Positions 17,013 through 27,800 of a stretch of DNA of 36,091 bases are shown piece after piece. A program made the position numbers and the translations under genes. This stretch comes from an uncultured Lachnospiraceae bacterium (GTDB taxonomy: Bacteria; Bacillota; Clostridia; Lachnospirales; Lachnospiraceae). The notes beneath the pieces are model-generated. The model worked only from the letters and a program-made list of their open reading frames with translations, had not been told where the DNA came from and ran no database searches. Within the stretch, counting starts at the first letter, position 1; every line of letters begins with the position of its first letter. The stretch covers positions 1 through 36,091 of the forward strand of contig CALZHV010000001.1 of NCBI GenBank assembly GCA_945787485.1, given 5' to 3'.

Positions 17013-17043
17013 AAGCCGGTCTTGCAGATCGGCTTATTTTTTT
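17013..17043 (+). terminator. Rho-independent terminator
   Basis: aagccggtct-tgc-agatcggctt followed by a T-run. Confidence 0.7.
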
Positions 17044-17156
17044 ACATGTTCACGAAAATATAGACCCTGGCTCACGACAAATACAGTCATTTCACTCTCT
17101 GTGAGTTGTATTTTCGTTTTGCAGAATGTAACATTTTATTGAAAGGATGTGATATT

Positions 17157-18425
17157 TTGAAACTGATTTTAAAAATAAAATCTATTTTAACAGCACTTTG
17201 TGCCGTAATATTGACAATCTCAATACTCCTTACTTGTTCAGTTGTTACACACAACAAGAGCCTGAATAGCTATTATAACAGTCAAATCGAAAGAGAGTGT
17301 TATAAAAACATTTATATATACGATTGCAATGGCGCTCCGATTTACACAGGTGGATTTAGTGATGATAAAGTTTTGCGATTGTCAACCTTTCATATAGTCG
17401 GAGACAGAAACAAAAGCATTACCGATTCTCTACTAACATCTACATATCCGAACCTGAATATCACTAGTGTATTTAACGGCTTTTCTCCTACAAAAAAGGA
17501 ATATAATCTTACAATCGATTCCAATCTTCAAAAGGACGCATACGAAATCCTTTCAAATAATGCTTATCACGGATGTATTGTTGTTTCGGATTACACAAGT
17601 GGAGAAATAAAAGCAATGGTAAGCACCCCAAGCGTTGATGTATACAACACAGAGATTATTGAAGACGGAGCATTCCTTAACAAAGCATCTCTGTCTTATC
17701 CTCCGGGCTCTGTATTTAAGTCCGTAACGGTGGCCGCTGTATTAGAAAAGAACCCGTCTGCTAAAGACTTCAAGTTCACCTGTTCAGGAAAATCCAACCA
17801 CATCTCTTGTTTCAACCTAACAGCACATGGTGAGCAAGATTTGTCCGATATTCTTAGCAATAGCTGTAACTGTGGCGTTTCTGCATTTGCCAAAAAGTAC
17901 ATCGCACCGGACTATTTAGACTTATATACAGAAAACTCTAACATTTTAAATAGTTCGGTAATTTCAGATATTAAAATAAAAGAAGGCAACATCAATGCAA
18001 ACGACGACCTTATGTGGGCTGCCAACGGGCAATCGCAAAACATGGTCACGCCACTCGGTGTGGTAAGCTTCTACAATGCAATTGCAAACGATGGTTCTCA
18101 AATACAATTAAGATTACTCAAAACTACTATGGAGTCAAATACATCGGAAATCATGTCATCAACAACGGCATCGTTTCTCAAGAACGCTCTTGCCGGTGTT
18201 ACCCAAAACCTTGGTATAAATTGTTCCACATTTGGAAAAACCGGAACAGCCGAGCTTGATAATGCCGAATCACACGCTTGGTTTGTGTGTTGTCTCAATG
18301 ATGGCGATGCTCCTCCTTATACAGTTTTGGTATTCTTGGAGCACGGCGGAAAATCCAGTTCAGCAAAAGAGATATCTCGTGAATTTATAAATAACACTAT
18401 TTTAAGCAAGGAGGATTCGAGATGA
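17157..18425 (+). CDS. Class B penicillin-binding transpeptidase (PbpA-like)
   Basis: N-terminal TM anchor; SxxK (PGSVFK), SxN (SCN), KTGT; TTG 17157 follows an AAAGGA RBS. Confidence 0.9.
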   Translation: MKLILKIKSILTALCAVILTISILLTCSVVTHNKSLNSYYNSQIERECYKNIYIYDCNGAPIYTGGFSDDKVLRLSTFHIVGDRNKSITDSLLTSTYPNLNITSVFNGFSPTKKEYNLTIDSNLQKDAYEILSNNAYHGCIVVSDYTSGEIKAMVSTPSVDVYNTEIIEDGAFLNKASLSYPPGSVFKSVTVAAVLEKNPSAKDFKFTCSGKSNHISCFNLTAHGEQDLSDILSNSCNCGVSAFAKKYIAPDYLDLYTENSNILNSSVISDIKIKEGNINANDDLMWAANGQSQNMVTPLGVVSFYNAIANDGSQIQLRLLKTTMESNTSEIMSSTTASFLKNALAGVTQNLGINCSTFGKTGTAELDNAESHAWFVCCLNDGDAPPYTVLVFLEHGGKSSSAKEISREFINNTILSKEDSR

Positions 18426-20050
18426 CCATTAACATATTGCAAGATTTTATTCTTATTCTTTTTATTGTCAGCTCATTTTGGTTAATTTATAGAGAGCGTG
18501 ATTTAAGATTAGGCATTCTTGTTAGCGAAGATAAGTGGAAGCACACAAACGGGAAACAAGGTATCGTTACAACAATCGGAAGAAGTGCTTCAAATGATGT
18601 TAAGTTAAAGGAACACAGCGTTTCTCGTCTTCAGGCAGTAATTTCCTATAATGCTAAATCCCATAAGTATGATATGACTGAATATGGAAAATTGGGCAGC
18701 TGTGCAAACGGATACCACATAGCAAATCATTCTCTTCAATTTAATTTGCCAAGAGAAGAACGATGTTTTGAATTTGGTTTTATCCCAACAGTTTTGTCTC
18801 TTTTGTTCATCTTTCTTCAAGGAATATCCACATTTAATCAATTGCAGAACTATCAAGCTATAATTCCACATTTTATTCTTGTAGTCTTTGTGATTGTAAC
18901 ATGGGGTATTAGAGCAGATAAACAGCCTATAACAGAGTCTATCTTTGCAGTTTTTCTCACTTATTATATAGATGCTACCCTTTACGGATTAACGACTAAA
19001 GAAGACATAGAAAAAGGGATTTTCTCTGCCGTTATTGGCGTAACATTTTATACTCTTTTGTCTCTTGCCATAAGATGCTTTCTTCGGTTTGATATGGACA
19101 AGCATAATCTCCATATTAATTTAAGAATTTTGTCTGTTATTGTAATCATCTTTTTCATCATCATCAACTTAGCATTGGCTAAAGAAAAGAACGGTGCTTA
19201 TAACTGGATTTCTTTAGGCGGAATAACTTTTCAACCTTCAGAGATAGTCAAATTGCTCTTTGCTTTTGTCCTCATTGTTCCCAGTACAAAACATTTCAAC
19301 AGCATTGATAATCTCATCATAACTCTCGGAATATCTATAATTTGTTTCGTTTATGGCTTAATAATCAAAGATATTGGCGCACTGCTTCAGTTTGGAATTG
19401 TTTTTGTGATCGCGGTTCTTCTTCAAAACTCTAACATACTCTATTCCATACTTATGATTGTTGCCGGCATTGCCGGATGCAAAGGAGTGTTATACATTTC
19501 TTCAACCGCTTCGTCAAGAATTGAGGGTTGGTTAGGGGAAAACAATACACTTTTCGAGTCTTTAACCGCATCAGGCATATTTGATAACCCTTATGATTAC
19601 GGATATCAATCAATACACTCCTTAGTGGCTGCTTTTAAAAATGGCGGACTTTTTGGCAACACTGAATTCAACGCTCTTAAAGGTATTGAAGCTGCAAACT
19701 CCGATTTAGTAACATCCATGATTGCTCAAAAGCACGGCTCACTTGTTATTTACTTTATATTGGGATTATACCTTGTTTTAATTGTAAACACAATATTTAC
19801 CTTGAGACAGAAAAGTAAAATACAACAAGTCTTTTCTTGCATAGGAATTGCACTCATTGTATTTGCAATGTCTCTAAATCTCTGTGGAACTTTTGGCATT
19901 GTTGCTTTAACCGGTGTCGTTAGTCCTGCCCTTAGTGATGGGATATCAGCAGCTATAAGTTATGGTTGCTTGTTCGGTGTAATAAGCTCATCGGCGATGA
20001 GCAAAGAATATTTGAATACAATACGAAAAGGAGATTTAAACAATGTATAA
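18422..20050 (+). CDS. FHA domain - FtsW/RodA/SpoVE (SEDS) fusion
   Basis: FHA-like TIGRSASNDV...VSRLQA; SEDS GAYNWISLGGITFQPSEIVK, KDIG, YQSIHSL...GGLFG, ANSDLV; many TM segments. Confidence 0.88.
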   Translation: MTINILQDFILILFIVSSFWLIYRERDLRLGILVSEDKWKHTNGKQGIVTTIGRSASNDVKLKEHSVSRLQAVISYNAKSHKYDMTEYGKLGSCANGYHIANHSLQFNLPREERCFEFGFIPTVLSLLFIFLQGISTFNQLQNYQAIIPHFILVVFVIVTWGIRADKQPITESIFAVFLTYYIDATLYGLTTKEDIEKGIFSAVIGVTFYTLLSLAIRCFLRFDMDKHNLHINLRILSVIVIIFFIIINLALAKEKNGAYNWISLGGITFQPSEIVKLLFAFVLIVPSTKHFNSIDNLIITLGISIICFVYGLIIKDIGALLQFGIVFVIAVLLQNSNILYSILMIVAGIAGCKGVLYISSTASSRIEGWLGENNTLFESLTASGIFDNPYDYGYQSIHSLVAAFKNGGLFGNTEFNALKGIEAANSDLVTSMIAQKHGSLVIYFILGLYLVLIVNTIFTLRQKSKIQQVFSCIGIALIVFAMSLNLCGTFGIVALTGVVSPALSDGISAAISYGCLFGVISSSAMSKEYLNTIRKGDLNNV

Positions 20051-20834
20051 CAAAAATTATTCAATCAACGGATTTACCCAAAACGAAATCGACGCTGAGT
20101 TTTCAAGATTGGCCGATCTTGAAATCAAAGCGATGACCTATGTTAGAACGTCAATTTTCATTACAATAGATCTCTCGGGCTCTATGAGAAATCATCTTTC
20201 GATGATTAAAGAAATCATAAAAACGATGGACACCGAGCTTCGTGTTGTTCCTAAAAGAGATTTCACTCTTTTTATCATAGGAATCTATAATGGTATTCCT
20301 CGCATTCTTTATTTTGGCGACCTCAAACAGTTCAATTATGAAAACTTCATTTCTGCATTTCCGAAATCTTGTTATGGCTCAACACCTCTCGCTCAAAGCT
20401 TTTCAAAAGCAGATGAGCTTCTCAACAGATTTAATGAAATTTGCAAAAGAAATCGCCACTGGTTTACCATACCCGTATTCTTTTCAATTACCGACTCCCA
20501 AGCAACCGACAGTGCTGATGATTGCAATTCTATCACAAGCAAATATAAAAAAGACATTGCTGATAACAACAAGCTTCTCGTTGAATTTGTTACCGGGACA
20601 AATCCCAACGGGTTAAATCTCGGCGGATATAAAGTTCCCATAGACGAAGCAAAAAGCAAATCAAAGGTAACGTCCTTTATGAACGCATTGCGCGTTGCAA
20701 CATCGACCGAAGCAGAGCTTGAAGAAGCACGCATATCCAAGATGCCTTCTAAACGCAATATTGAAGAATATAACCGTTATATGTCCGATATAATGCTGGC
20801 AAATTTCAAATTCTGCTATGACAGAAATTGTTAA
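20043..20834 (+). CDS. vWA-domain protein, TerY-like
   Basis: MIDAS IDLSGSM, GSTPL, ITDSQATD. Confidence 0.8.
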   Translation: MYNKNYSINGFTQNEIDAEFSRLADLEIKAMTYVRTSIFITIDLSGSMRNHLSMIKEIIKTMDTELRVVPKRDFTLFIIGIYNGIPRILYFGDLKQFNYENFISAFPKSCYGSTPLAQSFSKADELLNRFNEICKRNRHWFTIPVFFSITDSQATDSADDCNSITSKYKKDIADNNKLLVEFVTGTNPNGLNLGGYKVPIDEAKSKSKVTSFMNALRVATSTEAELEEARISKMPSKRNIEEYNRYMSDIMLANFKFCYDRNC

Positions 20835-20855
20835 TTATTGGGGAGGAGTATTAAA

Positions 20856-22592
20856 ATGAAAACAACTATAATCTTACCCGAAAGTCTTGTAGGCAACGCT
20901 TATACAGCTTTATCAAATCTTTTAGAAAGCAGCACAGACAACGAATATGTAATGTTTAAATTTCTCAAAGAACAAGCTTCCGTTTCGGGAGTCACTGAAA
21001 ATTACAACAAGATTATAGAAAAAATTCAGCGTAAAAATCTTAAGCATATTTCCGTTGAAGAAGACGGCTTAGATGAATACTTGTTTTCACACAAAAACGA
21101 ACCCGAATTATATATAACTCCAACCGAATCCACCTCACAGGTGATCTCTTCTGCTGCTCTCATGGGCTTTTCGGGGAAATTATATATTTATGGGATAAAC
21201 TCTTCTGAACCGCCACTGCAAAATTATCAGCCTCACATTCGTGCGTTTTCAATTAAAAAGAGTATTGGTACAAAGGGACTCGACACCAGTGAAGCTTCCT
21301 ATAGTCACATTGTTGGAAACGAATGTCATTTTAAAATTGATGGCAGAACATATACCGAAACAATTCGAGGTCGCGAAAACTCTGGACATCAGGGAGTTGA
21401 AGGCTATACTCAAGTGTGTGAGGGGAATCCTATGTACCGCTTGAAAATTTGGGATTCCCCAAAGAAACAATTTGAAATTGACAAAGTGCAACAGATGATA
21501 AACTATCCTTTTAAGAACAACAACATAGCCTTGCCTCTTGATTTTGTATATAACGACCACAATAATCCTATTGGATTTGTTATGTACAATTTTTCAGGTG
21601 AAGACTTTAATTTTGAGAAACTTAAAGACCTTCCTGACGCCAAGATTTATGTAAAGCAAATTCTGGAACAACTGATTTGGCTTGAAACTCATGGTTTTCT
21701 TCATCGAGATGTTAATCACAACATCATAATTAACAAGCAAGCTAAGATGATTCATATAATTGATACCGACTCAATTCAATTCAGACAGTTTCCTGCTTGC
21801 GCTTCTTCCGTTGACTCACAAAACGCCCTTCCTGAAAAGTATGAAACCAAAAGCGCTTTTTACAATACCATAGACATTTCATACACGGGCTTATCCTTGC
21901 TCGCAGCAGCTTTAATTGATGTCAAAAATTTATTTGGAGTATGGAACGACACGGGATTTTGTCCTCTTGATGCAAATGTTTTCGCTTCACTCCAAAGCAA
22001 AAGTCCGGTTGTCGCATCGTTTATCAAAAGTGCTCACACTCTTGGAACACCAATTTCTTTAACACGCCAGTTAATAACAGTGAACAATTTAATTAGCGAC
22101 AATCCTACAAAAGTTGCTGAGTTTTCAAACAAACATCAACGTGAAATTTTTAATGTTGATAATTATGGCGATTGGATTGCTCCATCCAGTGATTATGGTG
22201 ATCGGATTGATCCGTCCGATGATTATGGTGATTGGATTGATCAATCCGGTAATTATGGTGATACTTCTATCAGTGATTTTCAGCATAATGTTTATTCTCA
22301 TCGCAACGATTTGGCGGATGAAAATTTTGCAAACTATTTTTCGCATCTTCGCAACGACAACATCAATATACGGCATGCCACTACAGAGGCTTCGTTTTTA
22401 AGAAAGTGGTGTGTTTGGTTTAAAAAATTCTTACTCTCGGTTTTTATGACAGGTACGGTACCCGATGGCGTTTCTGATGATGAACTTTGGAAAACTTTCA
22501 TAAAAACAGGCTTGTGGAAAAAGCCTTTTCTTGCATCTTTGACAGCTATTGTAGCCATATTTGTTTTATTAGTCGCAATCTTTCAATTATAA
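20856..22592 (+). CDS. Ser/Thr kinase-like protein with C-terminal TM helix
   Basis: QGVEG glycine loop, LKIW, GFVM, HRDVNHNII, IIDTDS; hydrophobic C-terminus; ATG 20856 with GGAGGAG RBS. Confidence 0.78.
   Translation: MKTTIILPESLVGNAYTALSNLLESSTDNEYVMFKFLKEQASVSGVTENYNKIIEKIQRKNLKHISVEEDGLDEYLFSHKNEPELYITPTESTSQVISSAALMGFSGKLYIYGINSSEPPLQNYQPHIRAFSIKKSIGTKGLDTSEASYSHIVGNECHFKIDGRTYTETIRGRENSGHQGVEGYTQVCEGNPMYRLKIWDSPKKQFEIDKVQQMINYPFKNNNIALPLDFVYNDHNNPIGFVMYNFSGEDFNFEKLKDLPDAKIYVKQILEQLIWLETHGFLHRDVNHNIIINKQAKMIHIIDTDSIQFRQFPACASSVDSQNALPEKYETKSAFYNTIDISYTGLSLLAAALIDVKNLFGVWNDTGFCPLDANVFASLQSKSPVVASFIKSAHTLGTPISLTRQLITVNNLISDNPTKVAEFSNKHQREIFNVDNYGDWIAPSSDYGDRIDPSDDYGDWIDQSGNYGDTSISDFQHNVYSHRNDLADENFANYFSHLRNDNINIRHATTEASFLRKWCVWFKKFLLSVFMTGTVPDGVSDDELWKTFIKTGLWKKPFLASLTAIVAIFVLLVAIFQL
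22161..22262 (+). repeat. 30-bp in-frame tandem repeat, about 3.4 copies
   Basis: NYGDWIAPSS / DYGDRIDPSD / DYGDWIDQSG / NYGD. Confidence 0.9.
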
Positions 22593-22604
22593 AGGAGTTC
22601 TTAT

Positions 22605-23816
22605 ATGAATAACGTAATTTCAATAAATAAAACCGGCAAAATGCACATCAACGATTCAAAGGGATGCGATGATGCCGTTTACGTAAGCACTCTCGGCGAT
22701 GTTATATGCGTTGCCGATGGTGTTTCAAACAGTGAATTGGGCGGAATTGGTGCAAAAGCATTGGTAAAAAGCTTAGGTCAATACTTTTCAACAAGCAACA
22801 TTAAGAGAATGTTAGAAAACAGTGATGTTGATTATATCCGTCTTAATGTCTGTACCATGATAGAGCGCATTATTAAAAGCTTGTGTCAAAAACACAAAAC
22901 ACAAAACCGCGATGCGTTTTCCTCTACCTTTCTTGCTTTGATAAAAACAAGCGATAACAAAATAACTGTTTTGCACGCAGGTGACGGTTGTATTATTGGT
23001 CAACCAAAAACTTTTCAGGAAAACTCCATTTCTATCATTTCTTGTCCTGATAACAGCCCGAGTGGAAAAGTTTATAGTGCAGGACATATTGAGCAAAAAA
23101 ACAGAATGAGAGTTTTTCATCTCAATTCCAACGACTATCGTTCTATTTTACTTTGCACAGACGGTTTTTCGGATCCTTATTTAGATCCTACAAGCCAAGC
23201 GTTTGATATGCAAGAGTTCTCAAATATCTTTCAAATTAATTCCGAATCGGAATTAGAATATCTCGTTTCCAGTTATCATATCGACTCTTTTAATGTTACA
23301 GATGATATATCTTGCGTGGTTTATCGCTGTGAAGACAGCCTTACATCAACGATGACCGATGAATCAACACACAGCTTTGAAAGCTTCAAAGCCGAACCTT
23401 CACGTCCCCCAAAAAACGAGGATATTCAGCCTACACATATCAGTGATTCTAAAGAACCAAAAAAGGAAACAGCTGATGAACAAAAGCAGAGCATTCCTAT
23501 TGAAAAACGCAAAGCTGAGAAAAACAAGACGAGTATTTCTCCTATAGTTATCAATTTTTTTGTGTGTCTTATACCCCTGCTTCTTATTCTCTCGTCACTG
23601 TTCTTGTTTTACTCAGAGATTAAAGAGTTGAAAGAAAATATTCAATATACCCAAAAACAATTAGAGGAACTCTCAAATGAATATGCTGCTTTTAAAAATC
23701 AAATTGCCTCAGTAGAACACGAATATTCGGAAACGAATGATGAAGACAGTGTTGAAACAAGTCTTCAACAACCACACGAAGAAATAACGGAACCGCAAAC
23801 AAACTCAAGCGAATGA
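22605..23816 (+). CDS. PP2C-family Ser/Thr phosphatase with TM helix and coiled coil
   Basis: CVADGVS, HAGDG, LCTDGF, DDIS; TM PIVINFFVCLIPLLLILSSLFLFY. Confidence 0.88.
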   Translation: MNNVISINKTGKMHINDSKGCDDAVYVSTLGDVICVADGVSNSELGGIGAKALVKSLGQYFSTSNIKRMLENSDVDYIRLNVCTMIERIIKSLCQKHKTQNRDAFSSTFLALIKTSDNKITVLHAGDGCIIGQPKTFQENSISIISCPDNSPSGKVYSAGHIEQKNRMRVFHLNSNDYRSILLCTDGFSDPYLDPTSQAFDMQEFSNIFQINSESELEYLVSSYHIDSFNVTDDISCVVYRCEDSLTSTMTDESTHSFESFKAEPSRPPKNEDIQPTHISDSKEPKKETADEQKQSIPIEKRKAEKNKTSISPIVINFFVCLIPLLLILSSLFLFYSEIKELKENIQYTQKQLEELSNEYAAFKNQIASVEHEYSETNDEDSVETSLQQPHEEITEPQTNSSE

Positions 23817-23961
23817 TTATTTCACACAAAGCAAGCTTTATTTTTTCACGAATTGAAACACCTTATTTCACGATGAGATGTGTATTTCAAATCCGTGTTA
23901 ATGCTTTTTCGTAAAAGACGCAGTAAAATATTATCGTAATCAAAACAAGGGAGCGATTTAT

Positions 23962-24804
23962 ATGTCAAACAATTCAAATTTTGTCAAAACAATGGAAGCG
24001 GCAGAGTCCTTTTACGGAAACTCAATGCATAACTTCGCAGCTAAAACATTAGAGCATGACGGGTTTACAGCGCGCTTAGATTTTAAAGACAAGCAATATT
24101 GGGCAGTTACAAGAATCGATAAAGATGCAGAACTTGTACTTATGGAAATCAGTCCTTCAATAATCTGCCTTCCTGAAGCACGTTCACAGCTCAGCGAATA
24201 TATTGCCGCTATCAACAACCAATATGAAATTGGTAATATCAGAATCTCATCAAACGGTGCTATTCATATCCATAGCGAACAGCGTTTTGACGATAGTCCG
24301 CTTTCTCCAGCTATGTTTCATACGATGGAGATCACATGCGTAGAAATTCTTAATACGTTTTATATTCCACTCAGTAAACTCGCTAATTGCAAACTTATTA
24401 CAGCAGAAGAAGCTGACGTAGATACTGTAATTTCAAACCATGGTAAAAAAATCAAGTCCAAGCTTAGAGAACTTGAACTTGAAACAGATTCCTTATTAAG
24501 CCATATTAAAGAAAAACAAACTTCCGGCAATGATAATGAAAATGACCACGATGATTTCGAACTCCCTGAACCACCTGGATTTTCCGCGTGGTTAGAAAGA
24601 AAAAGAAAGGAACTCGAAAAGAAGTTAAGTGCTGAAATTGGTGATTCCGAGAAGGGCGATAAATCCGAATCTTCTGATTCAAGCGAAAACAAAAGTCTCC
24701 TTGATGTTTTGCTTGGTATTCCGGAAGAGGCAACTTTAGAAGAAATAGAAGCATCGCTTGATATCTCGGATGTTAATGACTCTGACGAATCGTCAAATGA
24801 CTAA
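23962..24804 (+). CDS. YbjN/T3SS-chaperone-like protein with acidic disordered tail
   Basis: LSEYIAAINNQYEIGNIRISSNGAI pattern; Asp/Glu/Ser-rich C-terminus. Confidence 0.55.
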   Translation: MSNNSNFVKTMEAAESFYGNSMHNFAAKTLEHDGFTARLDFKDKQYWAVTRIDKDAELVLMEISPSIICLPEARSQLSEYIAAINNQYEIGNIRISSNGAIHIHSEQRFDDSPLSPAMFHTMEITCVEILNTFYIPLSKLANCKLITAEEADVDTVISNHGKKIKSKLRELELETDSLLSHIKEKQTSGNDNENDHDDFELPEPPGFSAWLERKRKELEKKLSAEIGDSEKGDKSESSDSSENKSLLDVLLGIPEEATLEEIEASLDISDVNDSDESSND

Positions 24805-24829
24805 ATATTTTTAAAGGAGACCAAAAACT

Positions 24830-27800
24830 ATGGATACAAGAGAAAAATTTATCAGTTTAATAAAAAATTCACCGGTAGAGAAGCTCCAACCGGTATTTGA
24901 ACTTGTGGCAGATGAACTCATAACTTCTCCCGTAAGCGAAAAGCCTATCAAAGAGAATGTTAGTTCTCGCATTGAAAAATCAGGGTACATACTCTTTGAA
25001 CATTACAATGATATAGATATGGTTATAACAAAGGGCGAAAATATCCAACTTGATTTCAGAGGCCGTTCTGTCGATGTTTCCGTTACAAACGATACCCTTA
25101 TTCCTAAGTCATACATACTTGCCGGAGAACGACTTTTTGTAATAGGCAAAATAAGTGGCGAATTATGTTATGCTAAAGTGGTCGCAAACAAAGAGTTCTA
25201 TAATATGTTTTCTGCTTTTGAATCTCTCGAAGCCAAAACAGATGCGATGCAAAGATTTTCCAATCTTGCAAGCGATGTCCAAGTTAACATAAAAAATGAA
25301 TTAGCCGGTAGAATTAACCCTACGGTTCATAACGCCAAAAGAGGATTAACTCAAGTTGCAGATCTCCGTTTCAAGTTCGATATGTGTCGTCATACTTATA
25401 CTCCTCAACAGCAAATGGATATTGAGGCTTTGTTTGAGAACCAAAAGCGTGGCTCCTCAACAACAAGAGACCGTGCGTTACGAGGACTTATGTATATTCT
25501 TAACATAAACCAAGCTACGGTTGAAGATGTTAATTATACAAAAACCGAATTGAAGAATAAGGTTAGCAAGTATATTTATAAACAAGACAAAGTTGTTGAT
25601 AATATAGTTGAAGCCATCATCGCAGCAAAACACAGCGCCTCAAAAGGTTGTTCTATACTTTTAGTAGGACCTCCGGGTACAGGTAAAACTGCCGCTCCCA
25701 AAGCAATAGCTAAAGCACTTAATATCCCTTTCTTTAAGATCCCTTTAGGTTCATGTTCCAGCGTTGTGGATATAATAGGCGATTCGCCCCTCTACGATGC
25801 GAGCGATTGCGGAGAGGTCGTAAAAAACTTCTATAAAGCGGGTACCACCCGTGTTATCATGCTTTTAGATGAATATGATAAAGCATTTGAAAGCAGTAAA
25901 GAAGGTGGCAAGGCAAGCAAGCCTTTTAACGATGCTCTTTCAGACGAGCATTGTTTTAAAGATGCTTTTTTGGGTACATTCATTAACACAGAGAACTGTA
26001 TATGGATAGCGACAGCCAATAGTACAGAGGGTATAGCAGAGCATCTGCTTAACAGAATGACTGTAATTAATGTTGATGAATACAGTATTGAAGAGAAGAT
26101 TGAAATTGCACAAAACTACATTTTGCCCGATATATTAAGTAACTTTAATACCAAAGGTTTTTCTGTATCCATCTCAAATGAACTTATCAAATACATTATT
26201 GACAACTTTTGCATTGACGATGGTGTTCGTGATGTAAAGAAGCATCTTCAAAGCATCATCAACAACATAATATCAGCACTTGACGAACAAGGTCCTTTTA
26301 AAAATGTCGCAATAACTCATGAAATCATTGACAATGTTCTCAATCAGTATGTTGATGAAAATAATCCCGAGATTATCTTTAGAAAAAACAAAGCACTTTA
26401 TTCGCCAAAGGTTGTTGAAGAAATCAAAGCTACAATCGCAAAACTTCACAGAGAGGATATTGATGGTGACATTCGCATCAAATCGCAAAAGAAACTCGAA
26501 TACCTTGTGTATGCAGCCCCTTTGGGTGATGCGTTTGCAAATTTTGATAAAACCAGTTTTTTCAACAAACTTAACGAAACTCATTTTGGGCAGGAAAAGG
26601 CAAAGTTGGAAATTGCCCAGGCAATTAATATCAGTGCTGTAAAGGGCGAGCCGATAACCAACAATAGATTTTTATTAGTGGGTGGATATGGTATTGGAAA
26701 AAGCTCTATTGTAAAGAGCATTGCAAACGGCTCTAATGCAAAATATTGTAAGGTTGCTCTTAACGGTGTATCTAACGAAACAACAATTAAGGGGCACTCC
26801 GAATCATATATCGGTGCAGATGCAGGACTTATCGCTAAAGCAATTCATTCTATGAAAACATCAAAAGGCGTAATCCACCTTGATGAAATTGACAAAATCG
26901 GAAACCATAACGGCGTTCCTGTATCTAATACTCTTGTTGATCTTCTTGATGACAGTGGGGAGTTTAGTGATAATTTCTTAGGTGTACCTATTGATTTGTC
27001 TAATATCCTTTTTATTGCCACTGCCAATGACATAAATGCAGTTGACCCTGTAATCCGTGACCGCTTTACAATTATTTATCTTGATGGCTACACAAAAAAT
27101 GAGAAGTCTAAAATCATTGAAGATTACATCATTCCAAAGGTTGTCAAAGAAGTTTGCCCCGATACACTCAAAATGGCTTTCACATCTGAAGCAATTGAAC
27201 TTCTCAAATCTTCTTATTGCCTTTCCTTTGGCGTAAGAGACGCCGAAAAGGTAGTCCGTAAACTTGTAAAAGAAAAGCTTTACATACTTAAAAACGAACG
27301 TTCCGTAAAAGTAGGTGTAAAAGATATTAAAAGAGTGCTCGGAAATCCTCCTGCACCAAGAGGCAATTTCCCGGAAATGATTTATCCGGGACTTTCAAAA
27401 GGACTTGCTGTCACCGGCGACAACGTAGGCATGGCTTTTGCAATCGAAACTGCACTCATTCCTAACGATAACTCAGTCACAATTACCGGACTCCCAAAAG
27501 AAAGCACTATTGACAGTGTTAAACTTGCCATAACTTACATTAAATGCAATTATCCCGGGCTTTTGGACAACAAGGGAATTCATGTTCACTTTGCAGAGGG
27601 AAGCGTTCAGAAAGACGGGCCTTCAGCCGGTGTTGCAATTATGATGAGTATTCTTTCGGCCGGCCTTAAAGAAATAATTAAAGAAAATGTTGCCTACACG
27701 GGCGAAATCAACGCAAACGGCTACATTTTCAATATCGGAGGTACTAAAGAAAAAATCCAAGGTGCTCAAGAATCAGGTTGCAGCAAAGTGTTTATTCCCG

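Noticed and set aside
22161-22262. Possible CRISPR array
   Set aside because: The 30-bp units are contiguous, in frame and have no spacers; no cas genes are present.
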